A stretch of 64,000 nt of DNA, taken from Azolla caroliniana (Eukaryota; Plantae; Polypodiophyta). Shown one piece after another: positions 13,444 through 26,209 of the stretch; the stretch's first letter is position 1; every line of letters begins with the position of its first letter. The notes beneath the pieces are model-generated. The model was given only the letters and a program-made list of their open reading frames with translations. It did no database searches and was not told the origin of the DNA. The stretch is taken from the NCBI GenBank assembly GCA_043228905.1, contig JBHGNT010000014.1:20212001-20276000 (forward strand). The letters run 5' to 3'. A program made the translations under genes and the position numbers.

Positions 13444-13762
13444 AAAGGCAACCAACTCAGAAACCCTACAGAAGACAACGATGGAGGAGAGAGCTCGGTT
13501 GCCAGTCCGACAACACCTCATCCTTTTATAGGCCGTCGGGGAGGGACCGTTGCATCCTGGTCACATCACCTTTATTCTCTGTCTTTTCATACAGAGATCC
13601 ACTTCGATTTACTAGCCTATTCATAAATTCTCCCTAGGATATACACATCACATCGGCCTATCCCTAGTTATGTACAACGTGTAGGTTTGAGTGCACACGT
13701 GTAAGTGTCGTTTCACGCGCCGAATTCCTTGATTCCACCTAAGGCCAGTTTTCTCCACAACA

Positions 13763-14087
13763 GCGTGTGTGCGGGCACGAGCACGGTTAGACAGGTCGTT
13801 GCCCTGTACTTCATTTGGGTCCTTGTAGATATGGGTAGGAGGGCCATACTGGTATGCGTACGCGAGTCCTCTTCCTCGAAGAGCTCGGGTCGTTTTCGGA
13901 ACGCATCCGGATCCGTCCACATCAATCATTCGCGAACAACATCTGGAACCGATCCGACCGGCAACGCAATCGGTTCCAAAGGATTTCTTCTTCTGAAAGC
14001 TCGTCTCTCCCCAATCCAAGACCCCAGTGGTCCCACTTGGATCCAACATGCAAGTGCGGACCTCCGCGACACCGTCTTGTGTAGACA
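13763..14087. mobile_element. Probable LTR remnant (outermost layer of the nest)
   Basis: GC-rich non-coding block ending in ...gtgtagaca, followed by an abrupt switch to AT-rich DNA. Confidence 0.4.
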
Positions 14088-14370
14088 TTAGTATAGGGTA
14101 TTTTGACAATGTTTACAAAACATAGTGAGGTATTGTGACAATTTATCCTAAGTTTTATGTAGTTTGGCACATGTGTGACTTTAGGTGCACTTGAGTAAAA
14201 ATTTATCTCATTGTTAAGATACATGAGATCTTCATCATCGTTTAGAAATTATCAACATTGGGACATCTTTACAACTTCTCAAAATTGGGGGTATTTTGAC
14301 AGTTTCCAAAAACATTAGTGTATTTTGACAAATAGAAAGGTAAAAGTAGGGTGTTTTTGACAATTTACCC
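14088..14370. mobile_element. Mutator-like/MITE terminal remnant
   Basis: About five repeats of gt(a/g)ttttgaca(a)t. Ends in gggtgtttttgacaatttaccc (reverse complement GGGTAAATTGTCAAAAACACCC), which resembles a MULE TIR start. Confidence 0.4.
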
Positions 14371-15987
14371 ATAATATAAAGGAGCCTCAAAATATTATCT
14401 TGATTATGGGCTTTGTGATCACATCTTCTAAGAATGCTTCTCAAAGCAATCAATTGTTTTTCTATAACCGTTGTTTGAATGGTATATGATTCTAGGGAAA
14501 ACGTGAAATATTCATACAATAGCCTACAACCTTAATTTTTTGTTAGCCTTAGCAATATAAGACTCCATTGGACTCACACACACAATGTACACAACTTTGC
14601 ATTGAAGCATTCCCCATTTCCATTCTTGGGCTAAAAATAATAGATGTTCCACGTTTTTTCATTCATATAATATTATATCTTATACAGACTTTGAAAGTAG
14701 CATCAAACTTATACATATAAATATGAGAATGTAGATATGGATGTCAGATCTTATCTTATCTCTTCTATAGATTAAATACACACATTTCAAATACCTCCAC
14801 ATTTTGACACACTTATCCAATTATATGTGGTCTACAATTAACGTGACAATTCATGCACAACACATAGTCATTATATCAACATAACGTATAATAAAATTTA
14901 CAATTCTAAGTGACAAAGTGTAACATTTCACCCCACGAACTCCATCATCTACGACCACCCTTTGAACACATTTACAACGCATATGCTACCAAATGCATCA
15001 TCATTGTACATCTTTGTGAACTATCTTGCCTTTATCATGGTTGGATAAGGATGTGATTTTGTACAACTTTCGTGCTTAAAGACAACATATTGCACATATA
15101 GGCAAAGAAGATTGTGTCATTACACACACTGAGAGAGAGAGAGAGAGAGAGAGGGAGGGAGGGAGGTAGTGTTTATACCATTAGTAACTCTTCATATACA
15201 AACCCTTCTTCTTCTTCTTCCAAAAAATTCATATACAAACCCCTAACATGTTCCTCGAGGAATGTGAATTAATGTAGCTGACATTCCTATGTCAAGCCAC
15301 ATACTTGATGTATGCTTGAACATACCCATGGCCATTTATGTTTTTATGTTCCTTGTTCAACTATATCATTATCCTAAACATACTTTTTATGCATTCAACG
15401 AAAAGAAAGTTGCTCAATGTCAAATGTAGGTTTTATTGTTTTTAAATATGTTTTTCCAAACCATGAGTTTGGTCACCAAATGGACAAGAATAACCCAAAA
15501 TGTGCTTAACTTTTCATCAATTTCACTAATATCCTTAGTCAATAACTCGATAAGTGTATTTGAGCAAGTATATGCTCTATTCATTCCTTTCTATTTAAGA
15601 GTTGACTAGGGCAATTGAAGAAATAACCAGAACATGAGACATTTTGATTATTTTTGAGTGATTCCCAAATATAAGTATATCCTTGGATCATATTTTAATA
15701 TATAGAATAAGAAATATCACATAAAATTAATTCATTATAGTAGAAATAAATTGAAGGGTTTTCATATTAACGAGTATATTAATTAATTTGCTAATGACAA
15801 TGACAATAAGAATTTATTACACAAGAGAAAGAAATAGGGCACATGTATACCCTATAACATCATGGGATACCGATGGGTTATTGTTGTAATGAGAAACGAG
15901 AAAGGCGATAATTCCCCAAAGATAGAAGTATATCCAACAAAATAATAGATTGTGCCTTGGTAGAATATAAGCATAGGTTTATTGCTT

Positions 15988-16453
15988 TGAAATTCAGGAA
16001 ATGGGTTTTACACTAAAAATGGAAGTGTTCGTACATTACCACTGCTGTCATTACAGTTTTCAGGAGTAAGGAAGGAAGTTCAGCCAATATGGGAGATATT
16101 GAGTAGTACCATTGTCTATCACATTTGGAAAGCTCGGTGTTCTCTCGTTTTCCATAATCTGAAAACACCACCTGCTGAAGTGATTTCAAATATTTGGTTA
16201 GAGATAGTTCATGCTTTGAAGGGTCAATGGGATGGTTTAGTGGGAGATTCTGATGCTAAAATTGCTCAACGGCATGAGTTTCTTATTATCTGGACAGCTA
16301 CTCCATTTGTGACATCCAGGTACACTACTCCTTATTGGCATTTTCAGCCACTGAAATGGTTGTTTCCCCCGCCGATTACATAGAGGTTTAAAATCTTGTA
16401 ATTTGTTTATACTAATGACAGGATATCTTCTTAAAAAAAAAAAAAAAAAAAAA
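15988..16453 (+). mobile_element. 5'-truncated L1-type LINE with poly(A) and 19-bp TSD
   Basis: TSD aagcataggtttattgctt at 15969-15987 and 16454-16472. Poly(A) of about 23 nt. ORF 16099-16383 carries the YHIWKARCSLVF motif typical of the plant L1 ORF2 C-terminus. Confidence 0.9.
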
Positions 16454-17268
16454 AAGCATAGGTTTATTGCTTGGGGATACACATATTGCTAGCAAGAACC
16501 CTCCACTTCAAGTAAAAACCTATAACAACTAAAGAATATACAAAATATTAATCTTCAAAGCACATGAGATATAAAGTTGGCATACTTGTCGAATGATTTC
16601 AACACAACAGAGATAATCATAAAGAGATTGTCTCAAAGAGGAGCTGCAAAAATGAAAGTTAGTCCTAAGCCAATGGACCAATTACCACATGAGTTTGAAT
16701 TATCCAAATGGTCCAAAATGCCAATATGAAAATATGGCATCGACTTATAAATGGTTAATAAGACCAATCTATGAAAATATTTTTTCAAACTACATGTTTG
16801 GAAACTTGAGTCGATGGATAAAATTTATTATTGATGGACATGTTTGCAACAAGCGAATAATTGTTTCTGATCCTCTCTCACACCTAACACACATAATGAA
16901 TTATTCTCCTTTTCTCTAGGTGAGATCCTATTGGTTGTATCCCCAATAACCATATCCACAAGAACACCCTTTTGTTATCTGTGGGAAACTTGAAATTCCA
17001 AAGTTTATTAAGTATTTTTTTCTACCATTCCTTCGATTTGATGACTTGCATTAAAGCATTCCCATGAGTTTGTACCCAAGGTTTTGAAGGAGGGAGCAAG
17101 TAGGATGTCATGACTCATGAGTTTGATAGTGGAAGTACCTTGGATGCATATGTTAATTTACCTTCAAATACTATGACATGTTTCATCAATAACATATAAT
17201 GCCAAAACAATTGTCATTTTGTAGGGTTACATAATAAGCCATCTTTTATATTTGTGGTTTTCACATTT

Positions 17269-17547
17269 TATGGGACCAACCATAGAAAAGAAGTGGAAAA
17301 GAGGGGGTGACCATAAACGTAAACCTATAGAGAACATTCTATGGGACCCCGACCATAGAAACAACGGGAAAAGAGAGAGGGGTGACCACAAACATCAACC
17401 AATAGAGAGCATTCTATGGGACCGACCATAGAAAATAAGTGGAAAAGAGAGAGGGGTGACCACAAACATCAACCAATAGAGAGCATTCTATGGGACCGAG
17501 CATAGAAAAGAAGTGGAAAAGAGAGAAGGGTGACCATAAACATAAAA
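17269..17547. repeat. Tandem minisatellite, about 60-65 bp x about 4
   Basis: Unit tatgggacc..accatagaaaagaagtggaaaagagag(a)ggggtgacca(c/t)aaacat...agagagcattc. Confidence 0.9.
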
Positions 17548-17799
17548 CGATGGAGAGATATTAGTCCCACTAGGAGGCCCAACATGCAAGACCTTGAAAG
17601 CAATGGGCAACAATAGCACCATTACAAAATGACACGTGAGTAAGAGACATTTGCAAGATGAGCTCAGGGGGCAATGACATTTTGGAAACCCATCTCCAAT
17701 TTGGATGGGCAAACAACTAACTACTACCCTTCCATTCAAACCATGGTGGGGTTTTTTTGGTCATAGCGACAGTAATGGCAAAGATGTCGTCAATACCTC

Positions 17800-19384
17800 A
17801 TCCATCCATCCATTCATGCATATGTTAATTTAACCCTAAACCCCATCCATTTATCCATCCATCTGTCCATACATGATCATGGCGAGGATGTTGTCGATAA
17901 CTCATCCATCCATCCATACACGATTACAACGATGACGACAACAATACTCACCCATCCATCCATCCAAACATATAGACATGCATGCATACATGAAACATAC
18001 ATACATACATACACAATCATCTCTTGTCCGTGATGTATTTCATTATGATAACGAATCAATGGACCATGGATTTTGCACTAATTTTGGAAGAGTACATAAA
18101 GTACCATTGTTGTCACTACAGTTTACAGGAATACGAAAGGAAGTCCAACCAGTATGGGAGATATTGAGTAGTACCACTATATATCATATTTGGAAGACTA
18201 GGTGCTCTCTTATTTTCCAACAACTGAAAACACCACCGGCCGAATTGGTCTCAAATATTTGGTTAGACATAGTGCATACTTTGAAGGGACAATGGGATGG
18301 TATTATTGGTGACTCTGATGCTAAGATTGCTCAACGACATGAGTTTATCACTATATGGAAACCTTCTCCATTCACGACAGCCAACTGTGGTACTCCTTAT
18401 TGGCATTATCAACCTCCGAAATGGTTGTTTCCCCCCCCAATTACATAGAACTTTGAATCTTGTAAAATGACTATACTAATGACAGGATATCTTTTAAAAA
18501 AAAAAATCATGTCGAGGATGTTGTTGATAATTCATCCATCCATCCATACATGATCACAACAAGAATATTGTTGATACTCATCCATCCAAACATACATACA
18601 TATAAACACATGGATGCATTCATACATACATACATACATACACGATCATGACAAGGATGTTGTTGATAATTCATCCATCCATACATACATGATCACAACG
18701 AGAATATTGTCGATACTCATCCATCCAAACATACATACATACATATAAACACATGCATACATACATACCTACATATAAACACATGCATATACATACATAC
18801 ATATAAACACATGCATGCATTCATACATACATACATATAAACACATGCATGCATTCATACATACATACATATAAACACATGCATGCATTCATTCATTCAT
18901 ACATACATACATACATACATACACGATCATGACGAGGATGTTGTTGATAATTCATCCATCCATACATGATCACGACGAGAATATTGTCGATACCCATCCA
19001 TCCAAACATACATACATACATATAAACATATAAACACATGCATGCATACATGAAACATACATACATACATACATACATACATACATACACGATCATGACG
19101 AGGATGTTGTTGATAATTCATCCATCCATACATGATCACGACGAGAATATTGTCGATACCCATCCATCCAAACATACATACATACATATAAACATATAAA
19201 CACATGCATGCATACATGAAACATACATACATACATACATACATACATACACGATCATGACGAGGATGTTGTTGATAATTCATCCATCCATTCATACATG
19301 ATCACGACGAGAATATTGTTGATACTCATCCATCCATCCACCCATCCATCCAAACATACATACATACATACATACATACATACA

Positions 19385-19416
<32 letters not shown>

Positions 19417-19442
19417 AACACATCCACCCATCCATCCAAACA

Positions 19443-19474
<32 letters not shown>

Positions 19475-19499
19475 AACACATACATACATACATATAAAC

Positions 19500-19530
<31 letters not shown>

Positions 19531-19588
19531 AACACATCCACCCATCCATCCAAACATACATACATACATACATACATACATACATACA

Positions 19589-19620
<32 letters not shown>

Positions 19621-19667
19621 AACACATACATACATACATATAAACACATACATACATACATATAAAC

Positions 19668-19698
<31 letters not shown>

Positions 19699-19727
19699 AA
19701 CACATGCATGCATACATACACGATACA
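17800..19727. repeat. Compound satellite: about 120-130 bp units with embedded (CATA)n/(CATC)n, decaying into pure microsatellite
   Basis: Recurrent gatcatgacgaggatgttgttgataattcatccatcc...gatcacgacgagaatattgtcgatac separated by CATA arrays. Confidence 0.92.
18021..18504 (+). mobile_element. Second 5'-truncated L1-type LINE, inserted in the satellite
   Basis: Homologous to 15988-16453 (YHIWKTRCSLIF...KWLFPPPIT). Poly(A) tail. 6-bp TSD aatcat at 18015-18020 and 18505-18510. Confidence 0.88.
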
Positions 19728-20112
19728 ATGGAGAGAGAGAGAGATAAAAGGATAAAAGAGATAATAAAAGGATAAAAGAGATGGGAGTGGAAAGCGAATC
19801 TAAAGAGGGAAGAAGGCCTTCCCTCCCCTGTCCTTCTTCTTTCTTTCTTTCTTTCTGTCTTTAAAGTTTACTCATGGGATGCCCAGCCCCTTCTTCTCCT
19901 TTCCTTTTCTTACCCAAGATGATGATGATGATGATGATGATGACGGTGATGGTGTCGCTCCCCCACCCCTTCTCTTCTGTGGCACAGAACAAACAGAAGA
20001 GTCGTCTCCTAATTCTATCTTCCACGGCTCTTTGATCTCGTTTTCATATCCTTTCAAGTAAGCCGAACCCTAATCCTACAAGAATCAGTAACCCTATCCG
20101 CGCTAACCACTC

Positions 20113-20149
20113 AAACCCTAACCCTAACCCTAACCCTAACCCTGAACCC
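20113..20149 (+). repeat. Telo-box / (AACCCT)n array upstream of the START gene
   Basis: aaaccct aaccct aaccct aaccct aaccct gaaccc. Confidence 0.7.
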
Positions 20150-20454
20150 CAATAAATTCCTCCGCAATTTGGATCTTTGCCATTCTGCACTCATCCTGTT
20201 ATTTTCGATCGTGTCATTGAGCCCATGGCGCCTCTCTGAAATGCAGGTAAAGCAAGCCATAATTGTGGGGAATCTTGGAGTTTTTGCAAAAATCTCATGA
20301 TGATCATCATCAAAGCCCGGAGAAAAAAGATGGATTGATAGATATAAGACAATTGAAAAAGAGGAATAAAAAGACATAGGAATCATAATCTCCAAGAAAG
20401 AAGAAGAAACAAGAACATAGAATAAAGAAGAAGAAGAAGAAGAAGGAGACGAAG

Positions 20455-23400
20455 ATGGACCAAAAGAATAGGGACTACTTTGCTTTCTTGTATGAGAACA
20501 AATCCTCTTCATTGTTTGAGACAGTGTTGGATTGCTCTGCAAGTTTAGTGCCTTTGTGGGTAGCTGTGTTAGTGGGTCTTCTTGTGGGTTGGATGTGGAA
20601 GCCAAGATGGGCAAGTTTCCTAATTTTAGGCATAAGGAGCCGTCCGAGATTGGTATGGAGCAGTAGCCCACCCGGATTAGGTGGCCGCCGCTTTTGGCTC
20701 ACCTTAACTGCCTCCGTCACCGCTTTCCAAATGTTGAAAGAATTCTGGATCAAGTTCAAAGCTTGGAGATGGCCCGAGTCTCCGACCATTCGTGGCGACG
20801 ATGATCAATCTAATAATAACAAACAACGGTAAGAATCCAATTCCAATTTGATTTGATCCACTTCATATATTGTTTGAGGTTCGGTTTGTTTGTGAGTTTG
20901 AATATGTTATGAACTCATCAAAATCATCAAGAGAGAGAACACTTTCCATTGTTACAGAAAAGCAATGCCTTTTTAACACCTTTAACATCAAAATCTATAC
21001 ATGAGTAGTTGACTCCAGTTCGATCCAAACCTTATGTTCACACTCTGTTTGTTTGTGTATTTGATTTTATTATGAGCTCGTGGGTCAGCGTAATAGTTGA
21101 GTCCATTTTGATCCAATTCATGTGGTTTCATTCAATTTGTTTGTGTGTTTGAACACATTTTGAGTTTATGGGTTTAGGGTAAGAGTCAAGAATCCCAATC
21201 TGATCCAATCCATTCCTTGTTGGCTCACTTTTTCTTGTGTGCCTGAATGCATCATGGGTATATGGGTTCAGGGTAAAATTTGAGATCGATTCAATCCAAT
21301 CTTTATCGCTTCGCTCAAAATTTCAGTGTTTGAATGGGCTCTGAGCAGATGTGTAAGTATGTGATTAGGTTCAAATAAAGGCTAGAGATGAGACAATCAA
21401 TTGAAGATTAGAATAGATAAATCAAATGAAGGAAACCATATTGGCTTGTTCATCTTTTTGTGTATTCAAATCAAGTTATCTATGTGTTTTGTGGCCAATC
21501 AAATGAAGGCTAGAAATAGGTAAATCAAATGAAGGACAGAGATCGGACAATCACATAAAGGGTAGAGATTGTCCGATCATAGCGATACTATGCATTTAAT
21601 ATGTCATAGAGATGATCGGTGACTGTGCTTTGAAAACAAGCCTTTATTTGTGGTTTCGAATACAGTAAATGCTTAGTTACATGTATCTTTGTAATGAGAC
21701 CTCACTGAGAATAAAGGGTTGATTGAATTGATATATTATGAAGCTATGAAAATATTGTCCAATCTTTCAATTTCCCATAACATTTAGTGTAGTTTTGGCT
21801 CTAAACTACAATGAGATTTTTAATGTTTTCATAAAATTTGGTAAAATAAAGGATGGCCAGAACTTTCAGATATCCTTGACAATATAGCCATTTGGCCTGA
21901 ATATATATTAAGCACGTTCATATTGTTTTTGGTTGTTGAAATACATTTCCTAAGCTTTTCAAGTAAATGTTTGGTCTGTTGTTAAAAGTACCAGAGGCTT
22001 GCTTTCCCCATCTCTCTCTGCTGAAGATGAGAAATGGGATAGTGCTCGCATGGCTCGTTATGTGGTTGGGGACGAGGATTTACGAAAATTATATCTCAAG
22101 TTCCATAAGAAGGATGGGGGTCTTCCATGGGAGTTGATGATGGAACGTTCAGTTCCTGGCATGATTTATCAGGCATGGCGTAGAGATCCACTGGTATGCT
22201 TTTCGAAATTTTATTGACATCTGTAAATGTGTACCGACAATGTTAGTGTACTAACTTTTGTTTTCTCCACTAATGAATTTCGACTTGATGAATACGAGTC
22301 CTCTAATATAGGATTTTCATGATGAACATGGGTCTATAAGTTGGGAGGAGACTTTATTGTCAACATTGCGAATTAAATTGTTGAAATGAGATCTGATATC
22401 AGGAGGTTTGCCTCACAACTGTGTAAATACTGGTGAAATATTGAATCCCAGGTTCAAGCTCATGATTTCCCATCTGCTACCTGAGATCTTGAATCACGAA
22501 AAATCATGATGCCGTGCCAATGTATAAATAGAGGTATCGCCCAGGAGGAGAGACATCGAAATTAGCTTCCACTGGATTTGTATATTGAGGCGCTGATTCC
22601 TATAAAAATTCACTTGGCTTGCTTGTAATTAATATTATTTACATCATCTTTTCTCTCTCCTTTTTTCAAAAATCTCAATTGACATTGTGGATATTGTGAT
22701 CTTAAGTCAATCCTACCAATAGTGAACAAATTCGAGTCCATTTAATCTATCTCCAATTGTCAAATTTATCTCTATTCAAGTCTTTCTTTCTCATTGTTGC
22801 TCATTGTCTCCCTCGAAAAGGACCCAATGTTCCACATGCATGAAACGCACACCTGGTGACATAGGAGCAGAAAAGAAGCATATTGATGTTGCATTTCTAT
22901 CAAGGTTCTTTTACATCTAATATTTGATGTAGCCAAATTGTAGCATTAAGATAACTGTGGTCATTATCATGGTGATGAGGTTCAACTAATGCCGATCATG
23001 ATCCAATGCTACATATCATGTACTTAAAAAAGGAGAAGTGATTTGAGTGGAAATGACGTGAAATCTAAATGAGCTTCTATTAAAAATGTATGTGTATATA
23101 ATGTTTTGGAATCTTTCTTGATGCAGGATGGTCCTACAGAATACAGAAGCCGAACTGTGTTTGAAAATGCAACTGCTGACATGGTGAAAGACTTTTATTG
23201 GGATGACGAATTCCGGTTTGAATGGGATAATATGATTATATACTCGAAAACCTTAGAAGGATGCAATGAGACGGGGGCAGAAATTGCACACTGGATCAGG
23301 AAGGTATGACAATTGAGATGCATTAAAATAACTTAAGATACTGTAGGTTGTCTTCTTGATGTATATAATAACTTAAGATACTGTAGGTTGTCTTCTTGAT

Positions 23401-24764
23401 GTATATAATAACTTATAAGAATGATTATAAAGCTAGCTAGTAAAATGTAGTTTGACATGGTTCTTTTCATTCGGTATGATCCTTGTAATTGGGTTTCTGA
23501 ATAACTTGTTTTCTGTTGGTTGCAGTTCCCATTTTTTTGTAGCGATCGAGAATATCTGATTGGCCGGCGGATTTACGAGTCGGGAGGCACGTATTTTTGC
23601 ATTACAAAGGTATGTAAAGGAAGAAATGATGTTTAATGGAAAATGAATAAAGAAAAATGATGACTGTGAGGCCTATTAGGACAAACTAAAATTTATTTCT
23701 TTACTGAATGTAGGGCGTGCCCTATCCTGCCATACCTCAGAAAAGCAAACCAAGAAGAGTTGATGTTTACTCCTCAAGTTGGTGTATCCGAGAAGGTAAT
23801 TTGACCACTATATTGAAGCATATTTTTAGTTACTCATAAATATTTTCTCTTTTCTGGGCAAAATAAGAACACAAATATCCTTTTAACTCATTTGGGTATG
23901 TATCAGATAACCTCTTATGTAGTAAATGTTTTACTTATATTTTGGTAATTTTTTGAGTTTTTCCTTTTCCTAAACCGGGTATTTTTGAGTTTTTCCTTTT
24001 CGTTGTTATTGTTGCTAAATGTTTTAGATTTCTTTTTATATGTAATTTTTACCGAACCATTTAGGAATATCTATCTATCTATGTCTAGAATGGTTCAGTA
24101 AAGATAACATATCAAAAGAAATCTAAAAGATTTAGCAACAATAACAAGAAAAAGGAAAAACTCATTATTTTTTATGTTTCCACATACTTCAGCTTGACTT
24201 ATTGTATTTTTTCTGCAATTCATTTTTATTTCTTCAAATATGTGTGTTTATGTTTGGTGAATTTATTAGTTCTGTTTGTAATTTGTTTTCTGCCAAATCA
24301 TTTATAGAGTCTCTTTATTTTGTTATGCAGTGGAATCGCCTGAGACGGGTGCAAGGACAGCATGTGAGGTCACTTTTCTGCATGCGGAAGACATGGGCAT
24401 TCAGAGAGACCTCGCAAAGTTTGGGGTGAAGCAAGGGATGTGGAACTGTGTGAGAAGGATGGAACCCGGGCTCCGGAAGTATCAAGCACTGCGTAAATCG
24501 TCAAAGCCGCTTTCACACACGGCCAAAATGGCGCAACTCTTCACACATGTGCCACCCACATTTTTCGAGGATTCAAATACTACTACTAACTTGGGCGAGG
24601 TAGCTCTCTCAGAGTCGGAGGATGGGAAGCGTCGGCCTAATGCGAAAGCATGGAAATGGGTGGTGGTTGGGGGAGCTGTTGTTCTTGCATGTGGATTGGA
24701 CCGAGGTGTTGTTGGGAAGGTCGTCATCTTTGGTCTTGCTAGAAGGTTTGGTAGAAGGCTCTAA
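20455..24764 (+). CDS. START-domain lipid-binding protein with hydrophobic N- and C-terminal segments, about 449 aa
   Basis: Exons 20455-20828, 21995-22193, 23127-23303, 23526-23609, 23714-23795 and 24331-24764. All introns are GT-AG and in frame (1350 nt). Motifs YQAWRRDP, GPTEYRSRTVFE, DFYWDDEFR, WIRKFPFFCSDREY, PRRVD, HAEDMGI. Confidence 0.93.
23326..23415. repeat. 40-bp tandem duplication in START intron 3
   Basis: ataacttaagatactgtaggttgtcttcttgatgtatata x2. Confidence 0.85.
23986..24164. repeat. Long inverted repeat (hairpin/MITE-like) in START intron 5
   Basis: Arms of about 78 bp, tgagtttttccttttc...ccgaaccattta and tagaatggttcag...aaaggaaaaactca, complementary with few mismatches. 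Loop about 22 nt. Confidence 0.85.
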
Positions 24765-26209
24765 AGAAATGGTGAAAGGGGTGGTTTTTTCGACATTTCT
24801 ATATATATATATACACTTTGTGCACTCTTTGTATGAGGTAAGACTTGTGATGGGTCTCTCTTTGGGGTCCTTTGATTGTATCTTTGGTTGGACTTCCAAA
24901 GGGCCAATGTGTAATTGCTCAGATTTCCAGCGATTCGGTTCAATTCAAATTCCACCCTTTATATCAGTCTAAAGATGTATTTTGCATATAGGCCGGTTCA
25001 TCATCGATGAAAATGGGTGTATATCTTGTGTTATTTAATATTTCCGATGTCATTGTCGATATGCAAGATTTTTTTTACAATGTTAAAAGTTTGTATGAAA
25101 CCTTTGCTTGTATGGAAATAAATGTGTATTCCAATTCAGATTACAAAGTGAACTAAAGTTAACAAGAGCTGTGGGCAACCTACTAGTGTCAACAACACTA
25201 AAATATAAATGTATTTCCACCGACATAGCCTCTTGTATGTGTTCATCTCAAAAGGTGGCAATGTAGTTAATGAAATTTGAACAAGGTTGCGCAAGGGTCA
25301 ACCAAATTAGTGGTAAGTCATGAACAATGTTAATAAATTTTCATTGTGTCTTGTGTGTAATATATAACCTCAAAAGTTTTGACATAAATTGAAAAGTTTT
25401 CGCCAAATTAGATATGGTATTGGTACTTTCAAAGATTGTGTAATAGATAGATTTAAAATTATAAGTGATACGTTCAAACTTCGTAGTTATCTATATAGAT
25501 AACGACACATTGTAGGACTTTGATCAACCAACCAACATGTACTCACGTTGCTAGACTATAATAAGAAAGGCAACAAAAACTTATGAGATGCATCATGTGT
25601 AGTTGCATTAAGAGATTCCAAATGAATGTTTACAATTGATCAAGGTTCTCAAATATGGAATTAAGGCATGTAATGTATCAACAATAACATTTTCTTTGCC
25701 TTTGGCACATTGAACCAAGGACTGGAAGCGTTTATAAAGACGATAATCTTATAACAAAATTAATTGAAATTGCAACATATGAAAAGTTAGAAGAAACTTT
25801 TTCATTAGTAGGTATATAAACCAAGAAAAGTTCATAAATCATGTATGGACTATGGCATGGGACATTGTTTTAGTGCTAGCAGTAGCAAATGCTTGCTTGG
25901 TTTCACTTAGATGCCGTTAACTTAGAACCATATGTAGGTATTGTGCATGAAACTCTATTGTTCACTAACCCCGGGGCATGGGGGATGCCTATATCACGAT
26001 CCTTCCCTAGCCATGGAATTGACTAATGTTTGGTGTTTGGATAGGGAAAATGGGTCAATCCACTTTCGTAGGCCCTTTGGTTTGAATGCTAGAAGAAGTG
26101 GTGCACATGTTCTTTTGCTAAAGATGATAATCCTTGAAAGAAGATAATTACCATACAATACTAAGGTGCTACTCAATTGTCTTTGTCATTTTCAAAAGGT
26201 AGCACATAT

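Larger units (their letters stand above)
3037..13762 (-). mobile_element. Ty3/Gypsy LTR retrotransposon B: gag-PR-RT-RH, integrase not present here; 5' LTR split (7252-7599 + 13444-13762) by the Copia insertion
   Basis: PBS-Trp at 7230-7247. LTR termini TGTCGTG...CACAACA. Protease ALIDHGSEINLM (5432-5950), RT DLYSGYDQ / LPQGGTNS / PFLDDIP (3934-4593), RT-RH RRFLGACAFY / ITVDTS / ADMLSR (2997-3797). Many stops and frameshifts. Confidence 0.88.

Noticed and set aside
17269-17547. Regularly spaced repeats resembling a CRISPR array (also 48039-48241)
   Set aside because: Whole units repeat with no unique spacers. Eukaryotic context and no cas genes.
17825-17845. aaccctaaacc as a telomerase RNA template
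   Set aside because: No Pol III USE/TATA arrangement seen, and it lies within satellite DNA.
18893-19728. MYVCMYVC... ORFs
   Set aside because: Translation of the (CATA)n microsatellite, not a protein.
20111-20789. Minus-strand ORFs overlapping START exon 1
   Set aside because: Low-complexity translation of (GAA)n and (AACCCT)n, antisense to a well-supported exon.
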